Part shown: positions 19,023-28,100 of the stretch, piece by piece
Layout: each line of letters starts with the position of its first letter
How positions within the stretch are numbered: the stretch's first letter is position 1
Source of the DNA: Burkholderiales bacterium Ga0074133
GTDB lineage: Bacteria > Pseudomonadota > Gammaproteobacteria > Burkholderiales > Burkholderiaceae_C
Assembly (NCBI GenBank): GCA_001464865.1
Contig: LNEG01000183.1
Location: forward strand, 3,921-67,920
Direction of reading: 5' to 3'
DNA length: 64,000 nt
Translations under genes and position numbers: made by a program
Notes under the pieces: model-generated
What the model saw: the letters and a program-made list of their open reading frames with translations, nothing else
Told to the model about the DNA's origin: nothing
Database searches by the model: none

Positions 19023-20867
19023 ATTTCGCTGATCGACTTCACGCAGGCGCTGAGCGGCGACGCGCAGCCTCTGCGCCACGCGTTCGGCCCGCCGCGCCAG
19101 GTGCTGGTGGCCCGCACGCTGGCGCAGGTGCGTGGTGTGCTCGACGCCGTGCACGCCGCCGCCCGGCGCGGCCACTGGTGTGTGGGCCATGTGCGTTACG
19201 AGGCGGCGCCTGCCTTCGATGCCGCCCTGCAGACCCATGCTCCGGATGGGCCGCTGGCCTGGTTTGGCGTGTACGACGCGCCCCAGCCCTGGCCCGTGTC
19301 TGCCAGCCCCGGCAGCGCGGCGCAGGTGCACTGGGCGGACAGCCTGGTGCGTGCAGACTTTGACGCCGCGCTCGCCCGCATCCAGCGGGCGATTCGCGAT
19401 GGTGATCTGTACCAGGTCAACTACACAGCGCCGCTGCATGGCGCGCTGCACGGCAGCCCGGAGGCGCTGTTCGCGGCCCTGCAGCGTGCGCAGCCCGGCG
19501 GCTATGCAGCCCACATCCATGCGGGCGACGAGCAGATCCTGTCGGTCTCGCCCGAGCTCTTCTTTGACTGGCGCGAAGTTACCGAGGAGGCCGACGGGCC
19601 GGGCGGCACCGGCGAAGGCGAGATCCTGGCCCGCCCCATGAAAGGTACCGCACCGCGCGGCGGCACCCCCGCGCAAGACCAGGCCAACGCCGAGCACCTG
19701 CGCACGGCACCCAAGGAGCGCGCCGAGAACGTGATGATCGTGGACCTGCTGAGGAACGACATCTCGCGCATTGCCACGCCCCACAGCGTGCGCGTACCCG
19801 TACTTTTCGCCACCCAGGCGCTGCCCACGGTGTGGCAGATGACGTCGGACGTGCGCGCCCGTACACGCGCCGGAACCACGCTGACCGACGTGTTTGCGGC
19901 GCTGTTCCCCTGCGGCTCGGTCACCGGCGCGCCCAAGGTGCGCGCCATGCAGATGATCCGCGCGCTGGAGCCGTCGCCCCGCGGCGTGTATTGCGGCGCG
20001 GTGGGGGTGGTGCGGCCGGCCGGTCCGCCCGGTGCCGACGGCCAGCATGCCGTGGCCGCCACGTTCAACGTGCCGATCCGTACCGTGCTGCTGCGGCGCG
20101 AGGCCACCCGCGAGGGCGCCCGTGATGGAGGAGGGCAGACCCTGCAAGCCACCTGCGGCATCGGCAGCGGCATCACGGCCGATGCGCAGCCCGATGCAGA
20201 ATGGCACGAGTGGCGCCACAAGCGCGCCTTTGTGGAGCGAGCCAGCATGCCGTTCGAAATTGTGGAAACCCTGGGCCTGCACGACGGAAAGTTCTTGCAC
20301 GCCGACCGGCACATGCGCCGCATGGGCGAGGCGGCCGCGCACTTCGGATTTGCGTGGAGCGTGCACGCAGCCCGGCAAGAGCTGCAGATCGCGTCCCTGC
20401 GTCATCTGGATGGCGACTGGCGCGTGCGCCTGCTGCTGGCGGCCGACGGCCAGTTCCACTTTGAAGTGTTTGCGCTGCAGCCCACGGCCGCGCCCGTGCG
20501 CCTGCAACTGGCCGACCGCCCCTTGGCCGAAGCCCACAGCGAGTTCGTGCGCTACAAGACCACGCGGCGCGCGCACTACGCGGCGTTTGCGCCGGTAGCC
20601 GGCTCAGGCGTGTTCGACACCGTGCTGTGGAACGAGGCAGGCGAGATCACCGAAACCACCTTTGGCAACATCGCTGCTTTGCTCGACGGCCGCTGGATCA
20701 CACCGCCGCTGGCCTGCGGCCTGCTGCCCGGCGTGGGTCGCGCCGTGGCGCTGGCCGAAGGCCGGGTGACCGAGGCCGTGCTGCATGTGGACGATGTGCC
20801 GCGCGTGGAGGCCTGGGCTTTCGTCAACAGCCTGCGCGGCTGGCTGGACGCGGCGCTGCAGCGCTGA
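19014..20867 (+). CDS. pabB: Fused aminodeoxychorismate synthase component I / ADC lyase (PabB-PabC-like)
   Basis: GDLYQVNY, SVSPELF, RPMKGT, KERAENVMIVDLLRND, FPCGSVTGAPK; C-terminal class IV aminotransferase-like domain (YKTT, ETTFGN, GLLPGV). TTG start is uncertain. Confidence 0.88.
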   Translation: MTDISLIDFTQALSGDAQPLRHAFGPPRQVLVARTLAQVRGVLDAVHAAARRGHWCVGHVRYEAAPAFDAALQTHAPDGPLAWFGVYDAPQPWPVSASPGSAAQVHWADSLVRADFDAALARIQRAIRDGDLYQVNYTAPLHGALHGSPEALFAALQRAQPGGYAAHIHAGDEQILSVSPELFFDWREVTEEADGPGGTGEGEILARPMKGTAPRGGTPAQDQANAEHLRTAPKERAENVMIVDLLRNDISRIATPHSVRVPVLFATQALPTVWQMTSDVRARTRAGTTLTDVFAALFPCGSVTGAPKVRAMQMIRALEPSPRGVYCGAVGVVRPAGPPGADGQHAVAATFNVPIRTVLLRREATREGARDGGGQTLQATCGIGSGITADAQPDAEWHEWRHKRAFVERASMPFEIVETLGLHDGKFLHADRHMRRMGEAAAHFGFAWSVHAARQELQIASLRHLDGDWRVRLLLAADGQFHFEVFALQPTAAPVRLQLADRPLAEAHSEFVRYKTTRRAHYAAFAPVAGSGVFDTVLWNEAGEITETTFGNIAALLDGRWITPPLACGLLPGVGRAVALAEGRVTEAVLHVDDVPRVEAWAFVNSLRGWLDAALQR

Positions 20868-20912
20868 ACGGGCTGGGTCTTTCCAGCAGCGTTGCACGCT
20901 GTCTGCAGCCAA

Positions 20913-20975
20913 AAAAGGGTGTTGTTGGCCGCTGGTCCCCGCTCTATTTGCCTTGAATGCTATTAAAAATATAGC
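20913..20975 (-). repeat. Dispersed repeat copy D
   Basis: GCTATTAAAAATATAGC at 20959-20975; minus strand continues ATTCAAGGC AAATAGAGCG GGGACCAGCGGCC. Confidence 0.8.
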
Positions 20976-21048
20976 AAACGGCCCGTGGTGCTTTCGGGCT
21001 GGTGTGGCACGCCCGGACCCGGACCCGTGTGCTGCACCTCTTGCGACG

Positions 21049-21408
21049 TCAGATGCGTTCCTTGGCGTACGAGCCGCGGTCCATGTCGACCACTTCCACG
21101 CTCAGCTGCACCATCACGCCCTGGGGGCGCGGCGTCAGGTCGCGCAGCACGGCGGCAATGCGGCCGGACAGGTCCTTCTTGGCCTCGGGCGTGCGGCCGG
21201 AGAGCAGGCGCAGCTGCGCATGCACGAAGGCACGGTTGGCGGGCGCAGTGCCGATCTCGAAACTGTCGGCCACGACAAAGCGGGTCTTGAGGTCGGCCTC
21301 GTCCTGCACTTCAGGGTGCGCGCACAGCGTGGCGTTCAGTGCAGACAGCGTTTCGGCTTCCGGAAAGTGGGGCAGGTTGCCGGAGTATTCGACGGTGAGG
21401 TGAGGCAT
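21049..21408 (-). CDS. 5-carboxymethyl-2-hydroxymuconate isomerase-like tautomerase
   Basis: MPHLTVEYSGNL (N-terminal Pro), DLKTR, FVHAQLRLLSGRT, QLSVEV. Confidence 0.85.
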   Translation of the reverse strand: MPHLTVEYSGNLPHFPEAETLSALNATLCAHPEVQDEADLKTRFVVADSFEIGTAPANRAFVHAQLRLLSGRTPEAKKDLSGRIAAVLRDLTPRPQGVMVQLSVEVVDMDRGSYAKERI

Positions 21409-21532
21409 TTTGAAAGGTCCGGATGCGGGGTTGTCGACGGACGCCGCGCCCTGTCGGGCTGGCGCAGCGCACCGCAGCCGGGCGCGCCGCGTGCCAGTTT
21501 AGGGCAACTCGAAAAACACGTTGAACAGGTTC

Positions 21533-22207
21533 TCAGAGCCAGCTGGCGGGCAGCTCGAACGCCAGACGGCGGGGCTCGGGTAGTTCCAGATGGGGCACCT
21601 GGGCCAGCAGGGGGGCCTGCAGGCGCTGGTGCAGGCAGTCAATCATCTCGTCGGCTGCTTCCATGCCTGCTTCGGGCTGGTTGGCCACCCAGCCTGCCAG
21701 CTCCAGCCCGCGGGCGCGGATCGCCTCGGCCGTGAGCAGCGCGTGGCTGAGCCCGCCCGCGCGCAGGCCCACCACCAGCACGACGGGCAGTGCCAGCGCC
21801 ACGGCCAGGTCGGCGGCAGTGTGGGTGCCGTTCAGCGGGTCCATGAATCCGCCCGGGCCTTCGACCACCACGGCGTCGGCCTGGGCAGCCAGCGCCCTGT
21901 AGCTTTGCACCAGCATGGCCACATTAATCTGCACGCCAACGCGCGCGGCGGCAATCTGCGGGGGCAGGGCGTCGGCCAGCAGCACGGGGTTGTCCAGTGC
22001 CGCGGGCACGGCCACGGTGGAGGCGGCGCGCAGGGCCAGCGCGTCCTCGCACGCCCAGTCGTCACCCCAGGGCACCAGACCTGTGGCCACGGGCTTCATG
22101 CCCACCGCACGGGGGTAGTGTGGTCCCAGCGCGTGGAGCAGCCCGGCGGCCACCAGCGTCTTGCCTACGCCAGTGTCGGTGCCGATTACAAAACATCCTG
22201 GGGTCAT
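21533..22207 (-). CDS. bioD: Dethiobiotin synthase
   Basis: FVIGTDTGVGKT, GMKPVATG, VVVEGPGG, VLVVGLRAG..HALLT, GWVAN. Confidence 0.9.
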   Translation of the reverse strand: MTPGCFVIGTDTGVGKTLVAAGLLHALGPHYPRAVGMKPVATGLVPWGDDWACEDALALRAASTVAVPAALDNPVLLADALPPQIAAARVGVQINVAMLVQSYRALAAQADAVVVEGPGGFMDPLNGTHTAADLAVALALPVVLVVGLRAGGLSHALLTAEAIRARGLELAGWVANQPEAGMEAADEMIDCLHQRLQAPLLAQVPHLELPEPRRLAFELPASWL

Positions 22208-22274
22208 CCGGTTTCCTTGTTGCAAAGCGTGCTCTGCCAATGGGGTGGGGCCCGCTGTGCGCAGGCCGCAGCAA

Positions 22275-22649
22275 TCAGGGCTGCGGGAATTCCAGCACGC
22301 AGCTGTCGCCCAGCGCCTCGCGCCACACGCGCACGCGGCTCACGCTGGCGCGCAGGTCGGCCGGCAGTGCCTGGGCGATGAAGACGCACAGGTTTTCCAG
22401 CGTGGGCGTGCCCAGGCCGGGCACTTCGTCGAGCATGTGGTGGTCGAGCTGCTCGCGCACGCCCTCCAGCCCGCGGCGCAGCAGGCCCAGGTCCTGCACC
22501 ATGCCGGTGGCAGGGTCGAGCGGGCCGGTGAGCGAGACCTCGGCGTGGTAGGTGTGGCCGTGCACGCGGCGGCTGCCTTCGGCCTCGATCTGGCGGCGCA
22601 GGGTGTGGGCGGCGTCAAAGAAGAAGCGCTGGGAGATGGTGAACAACAT
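22275..22649 (-). CDS. queD: 6-carboxy-5,6,7,8-tetrahydropterin synthase
   Basis: FFFDAAH, HGHTY, LDHHMLD, PTLENL; directly downstream of queE. Confidence 0.9.
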   Translation of the reverse strand: MLFTISQRFFFDAAHTLRRQIEAEGSRRVHGHTYHAEVSLTGPLDPATGMVQDLGLLRRGLEGVREQLDHHMLDEVPGLGTPTLENLCVFIAQALPADLRASVSRVRVWREALGDSCVLEFPQP

Positions 22650-22672
22650 GGGAACGGACGATAGAGGCTGTG

Positions 22673-23308
22673 TCAGCGGATGCCGGTGAGCTTGTGGGTC
22701 TGCAGGCTTAGGCGCCACGCAGGGCGTGCCATGCAGGCGCTGATGCAGGCGGCGATGTTCTGGCGCTGCAGCAGGCCATCCATGGGCTGCAGAAAACGGT
22801 GGGTGAACTGCGTGTCCTGCTCCAGCGCCTGCAGGTCAAAGCCGGGCTGGGGCCAGACCAGTTTCAGCTCCTGCCCGCTGCGCTGCACCCAGGGGGCACC
22901 CGCCTTGGGGCTGATGCACAGCCAGTCGATGCCCTCGGGCGCGGCGATGGTGCCGTTGCTCTCCACGGCAATGCGGCACTGCTGGGCATGCAGTGCGTCG
23001 ATCAGGGCCGTATCGACCTGCAGCAGGGGCTCGCCGCCGGTCAGCACCACCAGCCGGTGGCTTGCGCCTGCGGGCCATTGGGCAGCGATCAGTTCGGCCA
23101 GCGCCGTGGCTGTCTCGAATTTGCCGCCCAGCGTGCCGTCGGTGCCCACAAAGTCGGTGTCGCAAAACTGGCAGATGGCCTGCGCGCGGTCTTGCTCGCG
23201 GCCCGTCCAGAGGTTGCAGCCGGCAAAGCGGCAGAACACGGCAGGCGTGCCCGCCTGGCCGCCTTCGCCTTGCAGGGTGTAGAAAATTTCCTTGACGCTG
23301 TAGGTCAT
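22673..23308 (-). CDS. queE: 7-carboxy-7-deazaguanine synthase (radical SAM, CX14CX2C type)
   Basis: KEIFYTLQGEG, CNLWTGREQDRAQAICQFCDT (CX14CX2C as in Burkholderia-type QueE), LTGGEP, SLQTHK. Confidence 0.95.
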   Translation of the reverse strand: MTYSVKEIFYTLQGEGGQAGTPAVFCRFAGCNLWTGREQDRAQAICQFCDTDFVGTDGTLGGKFETATALAELIAAQWPAGASHRLVVLTGGEPLLQVDTALIDALHAQQCRIAVESNGTIAAPEGIDWLCISPKAGAPWVQRSGQELKLVWPQPGFDLQALEQDTQFTHRFLQPMDGLLQRQNIAACISACMARPAWRLSLQTHKLTGIR

Positions 23309-23370
23309 GAGTGTCCTTGCGCGTGGTTTGCTGAGGCATCGGCCCATACGACCGGCGCGGGCAGGGCGAG

Positions 23371-23521
23371 GGACACCGAGCAAGGGCCGCCCCGCAGCGA
23401 GGGTGTCGTCCCGCTTGAGGGGCTGAGGGCCGCGGCTCCAAGCCTGCCTGCGCAGGCTTGGACGTGCCTGAAGGGCCGCTGACTCGGGCAGCGGCACCGA
23501 GGCGCGAAGCGACTCAGGGGG
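23371..23521. repeat. Compound multi-hairpin intergenic element (REP-like)
   Basis: Stems GACACC/GGTGTC (23372-23407), CCAAGCCTGC/GCAGGCTTGG (23438-23461), GCCGCTG/CAGCGGC (23475-23495); only one copy in the window. Confidence 0.5.
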
Positions 23522-23525
23522 TATT

Positions 23526-25112
23526 TCATTTCACCGGGGGGACGAGGATGGTGGGGGCTGCGGGCGCAGCCACTTCGGGGTAGTCGCGGCTGTAGTGCAG
23601 GCCCCGGCTTTCGCGGCGCAGCTGGGCGCTTTTCACGATCAGGTCGGCCACCTGCACCAGGTTGCGCAGCTCCAGCAGATCGCGCGTGACGTGGAAGTGC
23701 GCGTAGAACTCCTGGATCTCCCCCTGCAGCATGGCAATGCGGTGGGCGGCGCGCTCCAGCCGCTTGTTGGTGCGCACGATGCCCACGTAATCCCACATGA
23801 AGCGGCGCAGCTCGTCCCAGTTGTGCGAGATGACCACCGATTCGTCGGCGTCCTGCACGCGGCTGGCGTCCCAGGCGGGTACGGCAGGTGCCTCGGCTGC
23901 GGGCGCTGCGGCGATGGCCTGCGCGGCGGCGCGCGCGAACACCATGCATTCGAGCAGCGAGTTGCTGGCCAGCCGGTTGGCGCCGTGCAGGCCGGTGCAG
24001 GCCACTTCGCCCACGGCATACAGGCCGGGCAGGTCGGTGCGGCCGGCCAGGTCGGTCAGCACACCACCGCAGGTGAAGTGGGCGGTGGGTACCACCGGGA
24101 TGGGCTCCTTGGTGATGTCGATGCCCAGTGACGCGCAGTGCGCGAGGATGTTGGGGAAGTGCTCCTGCAGGAATGCGGGGCTCTGGTGCGAGATGTCGAG
24201 GTGCACGCAATCGAGGCCGTGCTTTTTCATCTCGAAGTCGATGGCGCGGGCGACCACATCGCGCGGGGCCAGCTCGGCGCGCGGGTCGTGGTCGAGCATG
24301 AAGCGCGTGCCGCCAGCGGATGGCGGCAGCTTGAGCTGCCCGCCCTCACCGCGCACGGCTTCGCTGATGAGGAAGGACTTTTCGTGCGGGTGGTACAGCC
24401 CCGTGGGGTGGAACTGGATGAACTCCATGTTGGCCACGCGGCAGCCCGCGCGCCAGGCGGCGGCAATGCCATCGCCCGTGGCGGTGTCGGGGTTGGTGGT
24501 GTACAGGTACACCTTGCCTGCGCCGCCGGTGGCCAGGATGGTTTGTGGCGCGCGGAAGGTCACGACCTCGTCGGTGTCGCTGTCCAGCGCGTACAGGCCC
24601 AGGCAGCGGTTGCCCGGCAAGCCCAGCTTGCGCGTGGTGATCAGGTCCACCAGCGTGTGCTGCTCAAACAGCGTGATGCCGGGGGTGGCGCGCACCACGT
24701 CGATCAGCGTGCGCTGCACGGCCGCGCCGGTGGCGTCGGTCACGTGGGCGATGCGGCGCGCGCTGTGGCCGCCCTCGCGCGTCAGGTGCAGCTGGTCGCC
24801 TTCGAGCGTGAAGGGCACGCCCAGCTGGCGCAGCCAGGCGATGGAGGCCGGGGCGTTTTCCACCACAAAGCGCGTGGTGGCCAGGTCGCACAGGCCGGCG
24901 CCCGCCACCAGCGTGTCTTCGATGTGCGCGGCAAAGCTGTCGTCATCGGCCAGCACCGCGGCAATGCCGCCCTGGGCCCAGCCGCTGGAGCCGTCCTTGA
25001 GCGTGCGCTTGGTGATGACCGCCACGCGGTGCGTGGGCGCCAGGTGCAGTGCGGCCGAAAGGCCTGCGAGGCCGCTGCCTACGATGAGAACGTCGAAGTC
25101 GTGGGATGCCAT
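23526..25112 (-). CDS. nadB: L-aspartate oxidase
   Basis: IVGSGLAG, SGWAQGGIAA, TREGGHSARRI, MEFIQFHPT, ELAPRDVVA, LHGANRLASNSLLEC, ESRGLH. Confidence 0.96.
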   Translation of the reverse strand: MASHDFDVLIVGSGLAGLSAALHLAPTHRVAVITKRTLKDGSSGWAQGGIAAVLADDDSFAAHIEDTLVAGAGLCDLATTRFVVENAPASIAWLRQLGVPFTLEGDQLHLTREGGHSARRIAHVTDATGAAVQRTLIDVVRATPGITLFEQHTLVDLITTRKLGLPGNRCLGLYALDSDTDEVVTFRAPQTILATGGAGKVYLYTTNPDTATGDGIAAAWRAGCRVANMEFIQFHPTGLYHPHEKSFLISEAVRGEGGQLKLPPSAGGTRFMLDHDPRAELAPRDVVARAIDFEMKKHGLDCVHLDISHQSPAFLQEHFPNILAHCASLGIDITKEPIPVVPTAHFTCGGVLTDLAGRTDLPGLYAVGEVACTGLHGANRLASNSLLECMVFARAAAQAIAAAPAAEAPAVPAWDASRVQDADESVVISHNWDELRRFMWDYVGIVRTNKRLERAAHRIAMLQGEIQEFYAHFHVTRDLLELRNLVQVADLIVKSAQLRRESRGLHYSRDYPEVAAPAAPTILVPPVK

Positions 25113-25177
25113 GGCTTGCGTGTGATGAAAAGGGTGGCGCCGCGGCCACCGGCCAGGGCGGTGGGCAACGGGGGGCG

Positions 25178-26041
25178 CTAGGCCGGCGTGTAGGCCAGGC
25201 GCACGTAGATGGGCGCAAACGCTTCGGCCTGCGTGATCTCGATCAGCGTCTCCTTGGCCAGCTCCAGCAGCGCGATGAAGGTCACAACGAGCACGGTGCT
25301 GCCGTCTTCGGGGTGGAACAGTTCTTCAAACTCCACGAAGCGGCGGCCCTGCAGCGTCTTGAGCACCATGCTCATGTATTCGCGCACCGAGAGTTCTTCG
25401 CGCGTGATCTTGTGGTGCTGCACCAGCTTGGCGCGCTTCAAAATGTCGCGCCATGCGTCCTGCAGCTCCACGACGTGCACGTCCGGGAACCGTGGCTGCA
25501 GGCTCTGCTCGATGTAGACCTGCGCCTTCAGGAAGTCGCGCCCGTACTGCGGCATGTGCGACAGGCGCATGGCCGCCATCTTCATCTGCTCGTATTCGAG
25601 CAGGCGGCGCACCAGCTCGGCGCGGGGGTCTTCGGGTTCGTCGGCGCCTTCCTGCTTCTTGGGCGGCAGCAGCATGCGGGACTTGATTTCGATGAGCATC
25701 GCCGCCATCAGCAGGTACTCGGCCGCCAGCTCCAGGTTGCGGCTGCGGATTTCGTCCACATACGCCAGGTACTGCTTGGTCACCCCCACCATGGGGATGT
25801 CGAGGATGTTGAAGTTCTGCTTCCTGATCAGGTAGAGCAGCAGATCGAGCGGGCCTTCGAAGGCTTCGAGGAAGACCTCGAGCGCATCGGGCGGGATGTA
25901 CAGGTCCTGCGGCAGCGCGAACAGCGGCTCGCCGTACAGCCGCGCCAGGGCCACCTGGTCCACCGCCAGCGGCATGCCGTCGGCGCCCAGTGCGTGCGCG
26001 CCGGGCAAACCGGCAGCCTCGGCTTCGCTCGCAGGGGTCAT
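25178..26041 (-). CDS. scpA: Segregation and condensation protein A (kleisin)
   Basis: FEGPLDLLLYLIR, AAEYLLMAAMLIEIKSRMLLP, VVTFIALLEL. Confidence 0.95.
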   Translation of the reverse strand: MTPASEAEAAGLPGAHALGADGMPLAVDQVALARLYGEPLFALPQDLYIPPDALEVFLEAFEGPLDLLLYLIRKQNFNILDIPMVGVTKQYLAYVDEIRSRNLELAAEYLLMAAMLIEIKSRMLLPPKKQEGADEPEDPRAELVRRLLEYEQMKMAAMRLSHMPQYGRDFLKAQVYIEQSLQPRFPDVHVVELQDAWRDILKRAKLVQHHKITREELSVREYMSMVLKTLQGRRFVEFEELFHPEDGSTVLVVTFIALLELAKETLIEITQAEAFAPIYVRLAYTPA

Positions 26042-26049
26042 GGGTGTTT

Positions 26050-26113
26050 GCTATCTAAATGGTAGCTGCAGGTGCAATCAAAACAAGCACCTGGGGCCGG
26101 TTTGACTGCAAAA
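26050..26113 (+). repeat. Dispersed repeat copy E
   Basis: GCTATCTAAATGGTAGC TGCAGGTGC AATCAAAACA AGCACCTGGGGCC GGTTTGACTGCAAAA; perfect internal stem CAGGTGC/GCACCTG. Confidence 0.85.
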
Positions 26114-26171
26114 GCTCCCGTAGCGGGCCGCCATGGATGCATCAGTCAAATGGGGGGCTGTGCCAGCGCGT

Positions 26172-26378
26172 TCAGTCGCCGCTGGTCTGGTACACGTAGG
26201 GCTTTTGCGGCACGCGGGCTTCGCTGTACTCGCCCCAGACCTTGCGGTCCACTGCCTTGTCCCACAGCAGGGAACGGCCCAGCTGCTGCTGCTTTTCAAG
26301 CTCGGGCTTGCTCACCTTGAGGGCATTGATGAACTGCGTGGCGTCGGACTGGTAGTCGGGGCGGCGAAAAATGGACAT
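26172..26378 (-). CDS. DUF3460 family protein
   Basis: YQSDATQFINALK...QQQLGRSLLWDK...ARVPQKPYVYQ pattern; upstream of scpA. Confidence 0.85.
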   Translation of the reverse strand: MSIFRRPDYQSDATQFINALKVSKPELEKQQQLGRSLLWDKAVDRKVWGEYSEARVPQKPYVYQTSGD

Positions 26379-26421
26379 GGACTGGTAACCTCTCTGGGCT
26401 GGATTTTACCGGGACTCCGCC

Positions 26422-26934
26422 ATGCACCTGCCTTTTCGCCCTGTGGCCGTCGCGGCCGCCCTTGTTTCACTGCTGCTGGTGGCCGCCTGCGATCCGCAGC
26501 GCATCAGTGAACTCCGGGAAGGCGTATCGACCGAAGCCGACGTGCGCGACCGGTTTGGCGTGCCCGACAACACATGGAACGAGCCCGGCGGCGCGCGCAC
26601 GCTGGAATACAACCGCCAGCCCGCGGGCCAGGTCAACTACATGATCACCGTGGGCCCCGATGGCCGCATGACGGCGCTGCGCCAGGTGCTGACGCCCGAA
26701 AACTTTGCCCGCGTGGTGCCCGGCATGGGCATGGACGAGGTGCGCCGCCTGCTGGGCAAGCCAGCCAAGGTCACGCCCTACACACTGAAGAACGAAACCC
26801 ATGCAGACTGGCGCCACCTGGAAGCACCGAACCAGCCGCGCGTGTTCACGGCGGTGTACGGGCCGGACCAGCGCGTGCTGCGCGCGCAAAGCGGTGTGGA
26901 CCAGGACGCGCCGGAGTTCAAGGGCGGGCGCTGA
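26422..26934 (+). CDS. BamE/SmpA-OmlA-like lipoprotein with two repeats
   Basis: Lipobox LVAAC; two related modules (LREGVSTEADVRDRFGVP; VVPGMGMDEVRRLLGKP). Confidence 0.75.
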   Translation: MHLPFRPVAVAAALVSLLLVAACDPQRISELREGVSTEADVRDRFGVPDNTWNEPGGARTLEYNRQPAGQVNYMITVGPDGRMTALRQVLTPENFARVVPGMGMDEVRRLLGKPAKVTPYTLKNETHADWRHLEAPNQPRVFTAVYGPDQRVLRAQSGVDQDAPEFKGGR

Positions 26935-27089
26935 CGCACCGCTCAGGAAAGCCCGGGCAAACGGCTGGCGCGCAGCTTGCTTGGTGTGCGTGCTGTCTGA
27001 TCACTGCCTGCTGGCGCACGGGTGCCGTCTGCGCGCCTGCCTGAACTTTTTACCCCGCTCCCCGTGCTGGGGGGCTGACTTTTGATTCC

Positions 27090-27710
27090 ATGGAACCTGC
27101 CACTTCGCCCCCCACATCCCTGCGCCACGGCGCGTTTGAAGACGCACAGGCGTTGTTTGCCGGCACGCTGTTTGTGGCCATGGCGCTGATGCTGTTCAAC
27201 CAGGCCGGGCTGCTGGTGGGCGGTACGGCGGGTGTGGCCTTCCTGTTGCACTACGTCACGGGCATCTCGTTCGGCAAGCTGTTCTTTGTGGTCAACCTGC
27301 CGTTCTACTGGTTCGCCTGGACGCGCATGGGGCGCGAATTCACGATCAAGACGTTTGTGTGCGTGGGCCTGTTGTCGCTGCTGACCGAGCTGTTCCCGCA
27401 TGTGATGCATGTGGACTACCTGAACCCGCTGTTTGCATCGCTGCTCGGCGGGTTACTGCTGGGCACCGGCTGCCTGTTCCTGGCGCGCCACCGCTCCAGC
27501 CTGGGCGGCGCCACCGTGGTGTCGCTGTACCTGCAAAGCCGCTACGGCATGCGGGCGGGCAAGGTGCAGATGATGATCGACGGCACCGTGGTGCTGATGG
27601 CGCTGTTAGTCGTGCCGCCCGAGCGCGTGGCGTACTCGGTGCTGGCCGTGCTGGTGATGAGCGGGTTCTTGTGGATCAGCCACCGGCCGGGGCGGTACGT
27701 CGGGCATTGA
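27090..27710 (+). CDS. YitT family membrane protein
   Basis: GGTAGVAFLL, FFVVNLPF, GTGCLFLARHRSSLGG, IDGTVV; multiple TMs. Confidence 0.88.
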   Translation: MEPATSPPTSLRHGAFEDAQALFAGTLFVAMALMLFNQAGLLVGGTAGVAFLLHYVTGISFGKLFFVVNLPFYWFAWTRMGREFTIKTFVCVGLLSLLTELFPHVMHVDYLNPLFASLLGGLLLGTGCLFLARHRSSLGGATVVSLYLQSRYGMRAGKVQMMIDGTVVLMALLVVPPERVAYSVLAVLVMSGFLWISHRPGRYVGH

Positions 27711-27746
27711 CGCACCCGACACCTTGCAGCCCTTGCAGGCCTGACG

Positions 27747-28010
27747 CTACGGCGCCTGACCGCCGGTGTCGCGCACCGATTCGCGGATGACGATGCCGCT
27801 TGCGTCCGGCTTGTGATCGCCGCCCAGAGCATCGGCTGCCATGCCGATGCCCTTGCCCGCCACCTTGGCCGTGCCGACAGCGGCGCTGGCCGCCAGGCCA
27901 ACGGCCGAGGCCGTCACGCTGACGGCGGTGCCTGTGACCGCGATCGCGGTGCAGCCCGGCAACAGGGCCAGGGCTGCCAAAGCAGCGCACCACGCCACGG
28001 CAAGGCGCAA
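27747..28010 (-). CDS. Small putative lipoprotein (start uncertain)
   Basis: TTG 28010 gives MRLAVAWCAALAALALLPGC (lipobox) then TAIAVTGTAVSVTASAVG... Confidence 0.6.
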   Translation of the reverse strand: MRLAVAWCAALAALALLPGCTAIAVTGTAVSVTASAVGLAASAAVGTAKVAGKGIGMAADALGGDHKPDASGIVIRESVRDTGGQAP

Positions 28011-28046
28011 CGCAGCGCGCCACGGCAAGGCGCAACGCAGCGCGCC
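27994..28046. repeat. 25-bp tandem duplication
   Basis: GCCACGGCAAGGCGCAACGCAGCGC at 27994 and 28019. Confidence 0.9.
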
Positions 28047-28100
28047 GTGAGACGCTTGCGCGCCCGCCTGCCGGCAGTGTGGCGGGGGCAATCTGCAAGC

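Noticed and set aside
23309-23525. preQ1 riboswitch upstream of queE
   Set aside because: No AGAGG/CCCTCT-type stem or A-rich tail on the minus strand.
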